In this document: positions 57,201 to 64,000 of the stretch, one piece after another
Numbering within the stretch: position 1 is the stretch's first letter
Layout of the letters: every line of letters starts with the position of its first letter
From: Minisyncoccota bacterium
GTDB lineage: Bacteria > Patescibacteriota > Minisyncoccia > Phycocordibacterales > VMEP01
Assembly (NCBI GenBank): GCA_041661305.1
Contig: JBAZUR010000001.1
Span: forward strand, 313,986-377,985
Reading direction: 5' to 3'
DNA length: 64,000 nucleotides
Program-made: the position numbers and the translations under genes
The notes under the pieces: model-generated
The model's input: the letters and a program-made list of their open reading frames with translations, nothing else
What the model was told of the DNA's origin: nothing
Databases searched by the model: none

Positions 57201-60200
57201 TACCTAAGTCATATGTATTATCAGCATCTGGGCCAACATTTCCCAACACTTGAAGTTTAAATGTTCCTGGTGTCGTAGTGCCTATTCCTACATACCCTGA
57301 ATTGTTTATTACAAACAATGTTGATGAAGCGGAGTTAACAACTTGAAATACATTTTCTGCTGTTGTGGTTGCAGACCATACTGTGAGTTTTGCATATGGA
57401 GTGCTTGTGCCTACACCAACACGTGTGTTTGCCATACTGCCTGTGCCGTCTGCTTGGCCGTAGATTGTGAGGACAGGATTGCTGTCTAATTGAGCGGTGT
57501 AACTTTGAACTGTTCCGTTTGCAGAAGAAGATGTGACTGGCATATCAACCCATGAGAGTATTCCCCCGTCGGTATCAAAATTCATTGAACCAAAATTAAG
57601 ATTTGAAATCGATGTTGAAGTGGTGGAAGCTTCGTAGAAAATATCGTAACCACCAATATTCATATCTCCATTGTCTGTGACTTGCAAGAGTGTTGTTGAG
57701 GCACTATTCACCAACGCAAATGTCTGCCCTGTTGTTGTGCCTGTCCCCCACACTGTTAGTTTTGAATATGGTGTTGATGTGCCGATGCCGACATTGCCTG
57801 CACTGGTAAGTCTCATTGCCTCAACGGAACTACCAGGACTCAACACAATCGCACCATTAGCGTTCATTGAAAGGAGTGAGAGAAGTGGGCTGCCAGAGTT
57901 GTAACTGTATTGTATCTGAGCACCAGCGTCATCAGCTGGAGTGCCAAATAAGATACGGGCAGGATTCGCATCTGGGCTGATGAAATGCATTCCTACATCA
58001 GAAGAATTCTCTATCACAAGGTCGTCAGCCGCTGTGTTAGCAATAATGGTTCCCGCACTTCCTGAGAATATGTTCAGCTTCCCTTCCGGCCCCGTCGTTC
58101 CGATACCGACGTTGCCACTTGTTTTTATTCTTACTTGTTCCGATGCTGTCCCTGCAGAATACGGCCTAAATACAATGTCGCCAGAATTATCCGCTCCATT
58201 TCTTACCGCACCTATATCTGCTATCGGATTTGATACTCCTGCAATATCTTGAATTGAAAAAGTTACGGCTGAGCCAAAACCATTTATCATATCACCTGTT
58301 GTTTTGTGTCTTACCATTAAACCTCGTGCAATAGAATCAATTGCGGCAGATGTTCTTTCTGAGGTGATCGTATAATCACTCCCGCTAGTCACATCTAACT
58401 TAACCCCTGGTGTTGATGTGCCAATGCCAACGTTGCCCGTCATAAACGCAAAGAGTGACGCATTAAATTCCATTGGCAAATAAACATTACCGGCATCGTT
58501 AAATGAACGAACTGAGGCCCCGGCCCCGGCAGTTAGTGCGCCGATAACGTCGACATTAACGTTAGTCCCCGCATGAGTACGAAATGTTCCCCAATTATCC
58601 AATTTATATGCTGGTGTTGCTGTCCCAATACCGACGTTGCTGCCGACAGGGTTCAAAAGCAACGGATATGTCTGATCACCGCTTCGCGCCGCCTGAATAA
58701 CACCGCGATTGTTCGTTGTGTCAATCATGAAAGAAAGTCGTTTGAGCGGATCTGTCGCACCGCTTATCGCCAATTGTGCACCGCCGTTGTTGTCGTAAGG
58801 ATAGGGCCCCGTTCCATCTGCTACGATTTGTGTCTTGAATCCAGGTGTCGTTGTCCCAATACCGACGTTGCCGGTTGTATCGATTGTAACGCGAGCAGAG
58901 TTATTAGTCGTAAGCGTAAGTGGGTCTGAAGTATACGTACCCATGAAAAGATCATCATTATTATCAACATATATACGCGAACGGAGACCAGCGAGACCCG
59001 TGCCTTTCGTAATCGCGAAACCAGCGTATCCAGTTAGGGCATCGTTATTAACCGCGGAGAGAGGGTAAGTGCCATAAGAACCGCTTGTGGTATTGCGTGA
59101 TACAACGAGTGCATTATCAGGGCTCGTTGTTCCAATACCGACATTGCCTCCAGATGGTTCTAAGACTAATGCGTCGTGTGTCACCCCCTCTGTAATTGCT
59201 CCAATATATCCGTATTTATTGGTTGTGTTGTAGCCAACATATACACCCTGTGTGTTTGCCGCGTAAAACTTTGCAATGGAATTTGCATATATAGTTCCAC
59301 TGCTACCAAGTACGTTCAGTTTCGCGTTCGGTGTCGTCGTGCCGATGCCGACGTTGCCGGAAGATAATAATGTCATCACATCAGTATCTGCATCACTACC
59401 ACTTGCATAGTTAAGAGAAATTGTTAGTGCTGTACGTGAATTGTTTGTTGCGTCCTGCCACCTTCCCATCCAAAAATCAGCCACCTGCTCGTAGGTTGAT
59501 TCTTGTGGAAGCATTAGACTAAACAATTTCTGATTTTTGATAACAGTTGAACCAGCAGAAACTGCGGTCCCGATAACATTCAACTTACCAGAAGGATTAG
59601 TAAACGAATCGTTTGTGCCAACATTCAAGTATCCTGCGAAAGTTGATGTTGCTGTTGTTGATGTAGCAAAGATAGCAGCGACTTGTGGAGTTGATGATGC
59701 AACAAGAGTACCTGAGCCATCAGTTGTGATAACCATGTGCTTACCTAGTGATGAGTAGACAGGAGCAGTGGTTCCATAGATTGTGCCGTCTACTTCTAGG
59801 TCACCTGCTATATATGCAGAGTTGTAGTAGTTAGTTGAAGCTATGCTGTCTGGTGTTGATGAACCGACTGTGAGTAATACTGTTGGTGAGGTGGTGCCGA
59901 TGCCGACTTTGCCATCGTAGCTCACTGTTAATATTGAAGCGTTGGTTGAACTTGAAACCTGGAATATAGGGCGAGTGGAACCGGATGTTCCCATTACAGA
60001 AAGTTTTGCAAATGGAGTTGATGAGCCGATACCAACGCCATAATTTTGAATACCACCTACCCCATCAGACTCACCATAAACAGTGAGCATTGAGTTGCCA
60101 TCAAGATGTGCTGTGTAGCTTTCCACTGTTCCGATTGCTGAATCAGAAGTAACAGGCATATCAATCCAAGAAAGTGCGCCTGCGTCAGAATCAAAACTTG

Positions 60201-63200
60201 TTGCACCAAGATTTAGATTTGAAACAGAAGTTATGCCGGATGAAAAATCATAAGTTAAATCACCCGAACCAACGTTCAAGCCTCCGGCGAATGTTGATGT
60301 TGCTGTTGTTGATGTTGCGTAGAAATAATCTGCGACAACAGGGCCGGCGACAGAAAGTTTTGCATATGGAGAAGTGGTGCCTATGCCGACGTTGCCAGTG
60401 CTTGTTATCCTCATCTTTTCTGTACCGCCTGTGATGAAGTTAATATCAGCGGAACCTGTTCCTGAAGTGTTGTTGTAAGCACGAATAGAACCAATATTAG
60501 AAGCGTAACTTATACCAAGACCTTGTCCTGTGCCCCAATATGAAGGCGAGCCAACAGCTTGAACAGATTGAGCGGTAACCCCCCCACCTTCTACGTGGAG
60601 TTTATCTGCCGGACTCGTCGTGCCGATGCCAACATTGCCGGCGTTGGTAATAATAAATTTAGTCGTTGTGTTATCGCCGACTTCAAGGATAGAATCCGAA
60701 ACATTGAAGTTACGACCAAGGAATGTTTCGTAGGTGCCTTGTTGGTTGACCCAACGTATCGTCGAGTTAGAGATATCGGCGTTCGTCGTCTTTAATATCA
60801 TCGCAACAGCCCCATAAAGATTAGAACCGGAATTCACACTCTCTGTGGCTACTGTAAGTGCTGACCCAGAAACAAGAGCCGTAGACGTCCCTACTACTGT
60901 GTTACCAAAGACACTGAGCTTTGCCGTTGGCGTCGTCGTTCCCACCCCGATATTTCCACCAAGTCTTTGCAAAATCAAGGGAAGTGATGTTTGGGCATAC
61001 TGAGTCACACCAATCTCACCAAATCCATTCGTGGTATCAACACCAATATGCATAAAACGATTACCAGCGATACTGTTTGTTTGTCCTATTCTTAATGTGT
61101 CGCTCACCGTACTCTCCACAGAAAGTTTTGCTTGCAAATCTGTAGTTCCAATACCAACCCTACTTGTTGAATAATCAACAACCAAAGAATTCGTATCAAC
61201 CGTTAAACCTCCAGCAAAAGTTGAAGTTGCGGTGGTTGATGTAGCAAAGATAGCAGAAACTTGTGGAGATGATGATGCGACAAGTGTGCCTGAGCCATCA
61301 GTGGTGATAACCATATGCTTACCAAGAGATGAGTAGACAGGAGCTGTTGTTCCATAGATTGTTCCATCTACTTCTAGATCACCTGATATGTATGCAGAGT
61401 TGTAGTAGTTTGTTGAAGCTATGCTGTCTGGTGTTGATGAGCCGACTGTGAGTAAGACTGTTGGTGTGGTGGTGCCGATGCCGACGAGGCCGTTTCCTTT
61501 CACGTTAAATAATACACTTGAACTTGAGTTCTGAACTTGAAAAATATCTGCAGTTTGTGATGATGCTCCTTGGAATACTGCTAGCGTTCTTGTGGGGGTG
61601 CTGGCATCTTGCGTAAACAACATTGCTTGTGGTGCTGAGTCATAGGCACTGTTCGAGACAGAGAACTTAAGTGTTCTGTTTGCTGAATAAATTTGATTTT
61701 GGACACCTGTTAGTTGCCCAATGGCCATCGTCCCCCCACCAGCATAAGACAAGTTGATACCTACTGTCCCTGCCCCAAGATTCTCCAGTGAAAGTGCATA
61801 CTTGTTTGTTATGTTTCCCTGATTGATTACGAATTTTGAGCTTGGATTTTCCGTACCAACTCCGACATTTCCGCTTGCAAGCACAGTCATTAAAGTAGTA
61901 GTGGAATTTCCAGCTGTTGTTGAAGCAATAGTGAATAGCGGTGTGTTTACAGCTGTGGTCGCAGAGTTTGAAATTGAAAGAACGGAATTCGGTGTCGTTG
62001 TGCCGATACCGACCAAACCATTACTATCTATTCTCATTCTTTCTACTATATTAGTGCCATTAGAAGTACCAAAACCAAGAGTTCTTTCTGCGATAGTAAC
62101 TACAGAAACCCCGTTGGTTTCCAAAGTACCAGTGCTTGACATCTTCATTGTCAAACCATTTACCATAGAAGGAGAACCACCGTTATATAACTGATAACGT
62201 GGACTTGCTTCACTGCTATAGTAATACGCAAACGTTCGGCCAGTCCCAATTCTCCAATTATCAGAAAGACTAGAGGTGATATGTAGTGGGGATTGCGGAT
62301 TACTTGTCCCAATTCCTACATTTCCACCGACAAACAAATTTGTCGTTGACGCTGTAGTTGAGTAGAAGTTTGTTGTTGTTGCACTTGTTCCTGTCGCATT
62401 TACGAATGTGAAGTTTTGAAGAGTTGATGAACCTGTTGCTAATAGATTTGCAAATGAAAGTGTGCCTGTCGCGGTAATGTTTGTTGCTGTGAGTGTGCCA
62501 CCAAAGAATCCTGAGCCGTTAACGGAGAGTGTGGTGAACGGTGATGAGGTCCCGATGCCGACATTACCGTCGTAACCAACAGTTAACATAGATGCGTTTG
62601 TTGAACTTGAAACTAGGAACACAGGACGAGTGGAACCAGATGTTCCCATTACGGAAAGTTTTGCCCAAGGAGTTGATGATCCGATTCCAACGCCATAATT
62701 TTGAATACCACCTACCCCATCAGACTCACTATAAACAGTGAGCAGAGCGTTGCCGTCTAGGTGTGCAGTGTAGCTTTCAACTGTTCCGATTGCTGAATCA
62801 GATGTCACTGGCATATCAATCCAAGAAAGAGCACCTGAGTCGGCATCAAAACTTGTTGCTCCAAGATTTAAACTTGAAATAGATGTGACTCCAGATGAAA
62901 AATCATAAACCAAACTATCTGAACCAACATTCAACCCGCCAGCAAACGTTGATGTTGCGGTGGTTGATGTTGCGTGGAAATAATCTGCGACAACAGCTCC
63001 GGCAACTGAAAGTTTTGCGTAAGGTGATGTGGTGCCGATGCCGACGTTGCCACCAAATATTGCGGTATCTGTTCCTCCTATTTGAGTCGTACCTCCAGAG
63101 AATGAACCAAATGCGACATTGTTCCCCTGGAAGCTCATCACCGGTGTTCCACTGGTAGTAAAATTGTAAGAAGTATATGCACCTCCTCCAGCACTAAGAC

Positions 63201-64000
63201 TCAAGTAGGTACCACCACCAATTCGTGCAATACGAAAATCACTTGATACACCAGACCCTGTGATGATTGTTGAACTAGCTGCAAGTGTGCCATTCACCCA
63301 CATTTGATATCCAGGATTCACCCCTGCTCCGACACTGACATTGCCACCAGCAGTTGCAAAGTATGCAGAACCAGATGAAGTGATAGCTGTGGTTGATGCG
63401 TATGGGAATGTTGAAGCTTGAGTGAGAGATGTCGCAGTGAAATATGGAGCTGTGATGGCACCTGTTACTGTGAGTGTGCCTGTTGCTGTGAGGTTTCCTC
63501 CGATATATGCATCACCTGCTACAGAGAGTTTGGCGAATGGTGAGGTTGTGCCGATGCCGACGTTGCCAGTTGAATCAATTCTTATTCTTTCAACTCCAGC
63601 TGTATTAAGTCCGATATTACTTGCCGATGGAGCATACATACCGCTTGCCAAGTCCGCGACAAATGCAAAACCAGGTGCACCAACGGATCCGTTACTTACG
63701 GCCCACCTTGCATCAGTTCCCATGGTGTTGGTCGTTACCTTGTAAACTCTGTCCACGTCATTGACTGCTGAGTTTGCAAAATATATTCCGTCATTGTCAG
63801 CCCCATGAATATATGTCCCCCCTACTATGGATAATTTGTAATTACCATTTGGGGTACTTGTACCTATACCTATTCTGCCACCATTATCAACAACGAAACT
63901 TGTCGCAGTTGAACTTCCGACAACGAAAGCAGGACCAGTGATGCCATTTGGGTTTACAGAAAGGAGTCCCCATGGGCTAGTGGTGCCGACACCAACATTG
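45205..64000 (-). CDS. giant repetitive surface/adhesin-like protein (more than 6,260 aa, 5' end beyond window) with tail-fibre-like repeats, LVIVD repeats, Hep_Hag-like modules and two Peptidase_S74 chaperone domains
   Basis: The track ORF starts at a GTG at 63756, but the same frame stays open with no stop through 64000 (...NVGVGTTSPWGLLSVNPNGITGPAFVVGSS...). Hundreds of GNVGIGTTSP-x-AKL(S/H)V units. Thr/Pro-rich C-terminal tail. Confidence 0.8.
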   Translation of the reverse strand, partial: NVGVGTTSPWGLLSVNPNGITGPAFVVGSSTATSFVVDNGGRIGIGTSTPNGNYKLSIVGGTYIHGADNDGIYFANSAVNDVDRVYKVTTNTMGTDARWAVSNGSVGAPGFAFVADLASGMYAPSASNIGLNTAGVERIRIDSTGNVGIGTTSPFAKLSVAGDAYIGGNLTATGTLTVTGAITAPYFTATSLTQASTFPYASTTAITSSGSAYFATAGGNVSVGAGVNPGYQMWVNGTLAASSTIITGSGVSSDFRIARIGGGTYLSLSAGGGAYTSYNFTTSGTPVMSFQGNNVAFGSFSGGTTQIGGTDTAIFGGNVGIGTTSPYAKLSVAGAVVADYFHATSTTATSTFAGGLNVGSDSLVYDFSSGVTSISSLNLGATSFDADSGALSWIDMPVTSDSAIGTVESYTAHLDGNALLTVYSESDGVGGIQNYGVGIGSSTPWAKLSVMGTSGSTRPVFLVSSSTNASMLTVGYDGNVGIGTSSPFTTLSVNGSGFFGGTLTATNITATGTLSFANLLATGSSTLQNFTFVNATGTSATTTNFYSTTASTTNLFVGGNVGIGTSNPQSPLHITSSLSDNWRIGTGRTFAYYYSSEASPRYQLYNGGSPSMVNGLTMKMSSTGTLETNGVSVVTIAERTLGFGTSNGTNIVERMRIDSNGLVGIGTTTPNSVLSISNSATTAVNTPLFTIASTTAGNSTTTLMTVLASGNVGVGTENPSSKFVINQGNITNKYALSLENLGAGTVGINLSYAGGGTMAIGQLTGVQNQIYSANRTLKFSVSNSAYDSAPQAMLFTQDASTPTRTLAVFQGASSQTADIFQVQNSSSSVLFNVKGNGLVGIGTTTPTVLLTVGSSTPDSIASTNYYNSAYISGDLEVDGTIYGTTAPVYSSLGKHMVITTDGSGTLVASSSPQVSAIFATSTTATSTFAGGLTVDTNSLVVDYSTSRVGIGTTDLQAKLSVESTVSDTLRIGQTNSIAGNRFMHIGVDTTNGFGEIGVTQYAQTSLPLILQRLGGNIGVGTTTPTAKLSVFGNTVVGTSTALVSGSALTVATESVNSGSNLYGAVAMILKTTNADISNSTIRWVNQQGTYETFLGRNFNVSDSILEVGDNTTTKFIITNAGNVGIGTTSPADKLHVEGGGVTAQSVQAVGSPSYWGTGQGLGISYASNIGSIRAYNNTSGTGSADINFITGGTEKMRITSTGNVGIGTTSPYAKLSVAGPVVADYFYATSTTATSTFAGGLNVGSGDLTYDFSSGITSVSNLNLGATSFDSDAGALSWIDMPVTSDSAIGTVESYTAHLDGNSMLTVYGESDGVGGIQNYGVGIGSSTPFAKLSVMGTSGSTRPIFQVSSSTNASILTVSYDGKVGIGTTSPTVLLTVGSSTPDSIASTNYYNSAYIAGDLEVDGTIYGTTAPVYSSLGKHMVITTDGSGTLVASSTPQVAAIFATSTTATSTFAGYLNVGTNDSFTNPSGKLNVIGTAVSAGSTVIKNQKLFSLMLPQESTYEQVADFWMGRWQDATNNSRTALTISLNYASGSDADTDVMTLLSSGNVGIGTTTPNAKLNVLGSSGTIYANSIAKFYAANTQGVYVGYNTTNKYGYIGAITEGVTHDALVLEPSGGNVGIGTTSPDNALVVSRNTTSGSYGTYPLSAVNNDALTGYAGFAITKGTGLAGLRSRIYVDNNDDLFMGTYTSDPLTLTTNNSARVTIDTTGNVGIGTTTPGFKTQIVADGTGPYPYDNNGGAQLAISGATDPLKRLSFMIDTTNNRGVIQAARSGDQTYPLLLNPVGSNVGIGTATPAYKLDNWGTFRTHAGTNVNVDVIGALTAGAGASVRSFNDAGNVYLPMEFNASLFAFMTGNVGIGTSTPGVKLDVTSGSDYTITSERTSAAIDSIARGLMVRHKTTGDMINGFGSAVTFSIQDIAGVSNPIADIGAVRNGADNSGDIVFRPYSAGTASEQVRIKTSGNVGIGTTGPEGKLNIFSGSAGTIIANTAADDLVIENSSDVGMHFISPDANPARILFGTPADDAGAQIQYSYNSGSPLLSLLSMNANGAIVLSPGSSVEAMRLTSAGNVGIGTSTPYSKLTVWGTGTTTGQTFALVNSASTTLLQVTDNGDMNIGGYDIFYEASTTSTSISNLNFGSMNFDTDGGILSWVDMPVTSSSANGTVQSYTAQLDSNPVLTIYGQADGTGSMANTRVGVGTSTPYAKLTVWSATTTAENVFQVVNSASSTLFVINNSGYVGIGTTTPGTFKLQVLGNVGPDADNTYDLGSPTMRWQNIYATNIFSSTSPTFSSLGKHMVITTDGSGALVASSTPQVSAIFATSTTATSTFAGGMIVDTNSFVVDYSTGRVGLGTLSPSNKLDLGSSGSIVNFGASLTVLSNNQLTLNASGGVTIQNLASQDSSPLTIQTGNSAANNNDIIFKPGAVEVARIAETGFVGIGTTTPTSLLDVYGARSAGANVDFIRINSAGHGGSVADGASLAFTSGVGGTTVGRVQSVVSAGSYDLAFHTGGTIGEKMRIMANGNVGIGTTSPSALLTLDAGVVSQAFYSVLSGSRNGIAGIKIANISTGTGAQSILTFGEDTGQSATPAYLIRYNSTHSTRANDLDIHASGDLVLQPNGGNVGIGTTSPASKLAVSGGASIGANYNIAAPTNGLMVEGNVGIGTTDPVNSKLYVLNSGVANLIIGYNNTSNNYFDAGNNIFRNASAVEAMRITSTGNVGIGTTSPATTLSVHGTGSMTGLLTANSGGTLAQSVSGIRILGSSSDNNWAGGMDFTSYNGTSVYNRILNSTGGMFFYTGTSATNVERMRIDNTGNVGIGTTSPFAKLSVAGDTYIGGNFTATGTVSAGTTTLTNLIVTNTSTSTFAGSLNVNNGDFAYDYTSGITSISNLNLGATNFDADAGLVTWTDMLVSSNVAQGTVEGYVAQLNGDPVLTIYGQADGTGSMANTRVGIGTSTPYAKLTVWSATTTAENVFQAVNSASSTLFVINNSGNVGIGTTSPFAMLSVNGSGYFAGTLTATNITATGTVSFQNFTFVNATGTSATTTNFYSTTASTTNLFVGGNVGIGTNSPGARLDVSGNIRNQTSVNSFANSYTAAFGKTRVIDASNPQFELWHDGSSAGQFSYSGGTLNYGTHTGGGTQTTYLTVLSGGNVGIGTTTPGTLLSLGNTGANTINISNTATSTFGYGINLATGCFAVNGVCVGSSSGTNFFTNSGASTYLSTGTNLGIGTTSPYAKLSVQATAGGSTPLFTIASSTSGAGTSTAFHVASNGYVGIGTSNPSVALDVLGNIKLGANTGAAASPGTLITFNNSGYAAPAAPSVVGAGEKLMLWDNGGYKSTIGLNAGELYLQSSGSATGGMSFYTGTSGAGTERLKITPTGNVGVGTTSPSYKLDVAGFINTDKYSGYKQDGNTVLYASTTNTSLAVGASSASSWMSASSTPWYSVAVGQGALATTPTNATAQYNTAVGYNALTSNTTSKKNTAIGVDALYSNTTGSFNTANGMSTLYFNTTGSSNTANGLNALYSNTTGASNTAIGANALYSNTTGNTNIAIGRSALHNNASATSSIAIGYSAAEGNASYSNQGGVYLGYSAGFSAATGSDYNTFVGYNSGYGVTTGARNVFLGNSTISASYNQVTTGSNNISIGNDVAVASATASNQLNIGNLIYGVNLNGTGSTLSTGNIGIGDATPSYKLDVAGFINTDQFGGYKQDGNTVLYASTTNNALAVGASSAAGWMSASSTPWYSVAVGQGALATTPTISTAQYNTAVGYNALTANTVGYYNTANGYQALYANTTGVNNTAVGGKALTANTTGYYNTAIGMNSLLANTTGYYNTVSGTAALVANTTGYNNTASGVNSLYFNTTGYNNVASGVQALYLNTTGYQNTANGTQALYNNITGTNNTANGMNALFNNTSATSSTAVGYSAARGPSSYYNQGGTYVGYQSGYSAGNNSDYNTFLGYQSGYGVTTGSNNIWIGTATSSTAIANLTTGSQNILIGNNISLPSATASGQLNIGNIIFGTGITGTGSTLSTGNVGVGTTSPYAKLSISASSTLPAFAIVQSTSTTATGPLMSFLNGFATSSGPAASPIEFGSIRDFHMTVKGSVADTTNLPGAMALSVSGRYAYVTSDSGDRLTVVDVTNPSTPVVVGSVKDSINLNAPRSISVSGRYAYVGAQDNNGLAVVDISNPTTPVVVGSVKDNTKLNAPRAVSVSGRYAYVTSSGGARLTVVDISNPTNPVVIGSVNDATNLSIAIGLSVSGRYAYVAAAGSSRLTVVDISNPTTPIVVGSVNDAVNLGSAISVYASGRYVYVGANGTSRLTIVDVSNPSTPVVVGSVFDADNLSAPQSMFVSGSYAYVTTLSGSNRLTVVDISTPTNPFVVGSLKDSTNLSSAAAVYVSGRYAYVTAYGTSRLTVVNLAGIEIPTVLTGNLQSSSVTVWDNMDIGNNLYVRGGLNLGQGGLFSNGSGTFMQSTSTSLVLSPALYAGTFDSNTSSNADVLTITHGGWATTTPGANGISTSLLFAAGNTSATTTNIGRISAIFTNAGGTATTSALTFSTLNGYSLSEKMRLDDNGYLGIGTTTPWGQLSVNPNGITGPAFVIGSSTATKFIVTNGGKVGIGTSNPTAALTIGSGQIIIPDGSTAAPSIAFADSTNTGIARVAGNTVGLVANGIEVARVNPTQLTIQISGSASIPTLTVGNDTTTGFFRPSANAIGITISGTERIRIDSTGNVGFGTTTPSAKLTVYGDTLLNGTSRYLNFGTSTGTGGYGLRDNAGTLEFKNLNGTWQGMNTATTGPSFSVYKNGTSQVITAGGGNTTVTFDAERFDTNNNFDLTTERFTPTVAGKYILTVNLTTDTFATCTVGNGVTVYITKNGGGLTSSALLGNGSYVVGVPSLSVVADANGTTDYFSLIINNTCGGDHTLGNNSTFTGALIAPVNATAGGWQNDGVQSFLADYADKVGIGTTSPYAKLSIHANAGETNTTLFSIGSSTSAYATSTLFSVSNAGNLTVSGTATSTFAGFIDVNGTGTNATSTFASNLWVKGTLRTGTGSMYMNDGGISSSNGNILINNSGNSYFNGGNFGVGTSTPWGQLSVNPNGITGPAFVIGSSTKTDFIVTNGGGVGIGLANPAGPLHISHSGSNSAAFIVGDVNTFGNDTGMYLRTSGTAYIGTHSATGKIRITTTTFGSSGNGITIATGGNVGIGTTTPSAVLNVYSGTSETARFESNVSTGAYTTFYDSTANGARGYVGYGATLFGTADSSLFGLRSQGSITFATNGGNRQMTIDTNGKTGIGTTPSANYSLNIPSGSAGSGLRVGVVAIGNSGGNYGSTGYNFRTTDTTDSYLYDVSDKASQIRYGAGGGIGVRVMTAPSGTAGNAITFTAGPYVADQGVDWVSGSDVRLKKNIESLSVLNRLDNYRAVAFDWKGTGKHDIGVIAQELYPIFPEVVIKGSDNDDPNLKDTDSGAWGVSYSKLGALALQGVKELNTRTSFISSATTTSVLTVDVNGNVGIGTTTPNRALSVAGDVGATAFVNTSTKTAKKDISYTTASSAEDMFNQLINLKTATYRYNAEENSEPLRLGFIAEDAQVVAPEILSPDGKGVDLYKLATFTLSGVQTLASKVDSMKDFDTQISASLALATSTIATNAWVIDKTTGATTLSTTTVLNLKGSSIKEVSSILGVDGKWSVDENGKFVGDTVEVKKINTEDIYVAKDLNVGADAVFSGNVGIGIATTGSTTGAIGIAPTATARLTVQNNFGGSTSKIGETMTFVALDAVGNTSFAITGDGRVGIGTSAPKSALSISAPSPRLTLTDTASVIDSISGGNVGVGTTTKDWFVESRNGTFSIGEVSSSSDNSSSSTENIYLSISATSTPVLTFAGDIKANIISAKAIISDSICVASFCDSFGSRTISSDKVALAESGIAEHFADLSSSDVEAGDIVAMSATTTQATNLAVEPPSEMGATTTSAVLVRADKTNATSIVGIANVAGLTFSSTSTSPSVVFSGKTVVKVSTEGGVIKPGDRITLSSVPGVGMKATTSSQTIGIALGLFDGTQSATSTVTSVNVDGTFVYQGSVAVAVSVGWTRLDGALTSATSTSATLAVDSVSGRVLSQGVLDMAGFAVENVSAITSSSGTWSIDASGKLLADNIEVRGGIKVGSPERRSGITMYDEEFGTPYCLTISGGLPKTTSGECLVGGATTATQTSSSSVVGAIVDAISGSVNALTEPTATYTAPTTETTTTTTDTTTTPVVDTTTTTPVETVAPTTTETATTTDTVATSTPAI
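47170..47880 (-). other. two tandem Peptidase_S74 (endosialidase-chaperone-like, autoproteolytic intramolecular chaperone) domains inside the giant ORF
   Basis: SDVRLKKNIESLSVLNRLDNYRAVAFDWKGTGKHDIGVIAQELYPIFPEVV...ALQGVKEL and TAKKDISYTTASSAEDMFNQLINLKTATYRYNAEENSEPLRLGFIAEDAQVVAPEIL...LSGVQTL. Confidence 0.7.
50775..51700 (-). repeat. eight tandem LVIVD-type repeats (beta-propeller blades) inside the giant ORF
   Basis: SGRYAYVTSDSGDRLTVVDVTNPSTPVVVGSVKD ... repeated 8 times with about 40-aa period. DNA units of about 120 nt are visible. Confidence 0.7.
52030..53960 (-). repeat. two tandem ~330-aa modules of NTAxG / ALxSNTTG deca-peptide repeats (Hep_Hag / YadA-head-like or tail-fibre-like)
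   Basis: YKLDVAGFINTD(K/Q)...NTAIGVDALYSNTTGSFNTANG... then a second copy ...YNTANGYQALYANTTGVNNTAVG... Confidence 0.6.

Noticed and set aside
45383-63745. Numerous 60-160-aa plus-strand ORFs inside the giant gene region (for example 45383..45841, 45980..46462, 53347..53706, 61823..62194)
   Set aside because: All are antisense or frame-shifted translations of the highly repetitive minus-strand giant gene. Their Pro/Val/Thr-rich periodic content mirrors the coding repeats.
45205-64000. CRISPR array, suggested by abundant short direct repeats
   Set aside because: The repeats lie in-frame within one long ORF, are degenerate at the protein level, and lack unique spacers of constant length. There are no cas genes. 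They are coding tandem repeats.
1-64000. Alternative genetic code (UGA recoding, as in some CPR lineages)
   Set aside because: Genes end on TAA, TAG and TGA alike, and RF1 is present with normal architecture. There are no in-frame TGA codons inside conserved housekeeping genes. Standard code 11 fits.

Overview
This is a low-GC, gene-dense bacterial window. Nearly all genes are on the minus strand, and standard code 11 fits: TAA, TAG and TGA are all used as stops. The window falls into four parts.

- 1-11.9 kb, housekeeping: rnhB, dnaE, thrS, gyrB, a cytoplasmic C39-like cysteine peptidase, and pheT/pheS.
- 12-23 kb, envelope/surface locus: PEGA-domain membrane protein, processive GT2 glycosyltransferase, sortase, two secreted DUF3494 (ice-binding-like) proteins, a response regulator-histidine kinase-response regulator unit, and a PG-binding/FN3 protein. 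A plus-strand ECF sigma factor and small lmo0937-like membrane protein follow at 23.3-24.1 kb.
- 24-37 kb, translation and central-carbon block: tRNA-Thr(UGU) with partial self-duplicates, rpsB-tsf, prfA, rpmE, a coiled-coil lytic-transglycosylase protein, rplY, fba, a PfkB kinase, split transketolase, rpe, rpiB and gap. Two four-helix-bundle (23S-IVS/Avd-like) genes sit inside this block.
- 37-64 kb, surface-protein island: a PaaX-like regulator flanked by long palindromes, three tandem paralogous secreted LamG (Laminin_G_3) multi-domain proteins, and a giant repetitive ORF of more than 6,260 aa. The giant ORF is still open at the window end. It contains LVIVD repeats, Hep_Hag-like repeat modules and two tandem Peptidase_S74 intramolecular-chaperone domains.

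The small-genome look (split tkt, TGS-less ThrRS, B2-less PheT, giant surface proteins, DUF3494, sortase) suggests a CPR/Patescibacteria-like organism. This is an inference from gene architecture, not a database result.

The observations I rate highest are:
- an NlpC/P60-like catalytic domain inserted inside PheT;
- the LamG-array plus giant tail-fibre-like protein cluster, which looks like an attachment apparatus;
- the sortase/DUF3494 locus with a non-canonical sorting signal;
- several recurrent hairpin/palindrome DNA motifs.

No CRISPR array, rRNA, transposase or integrase was seen.
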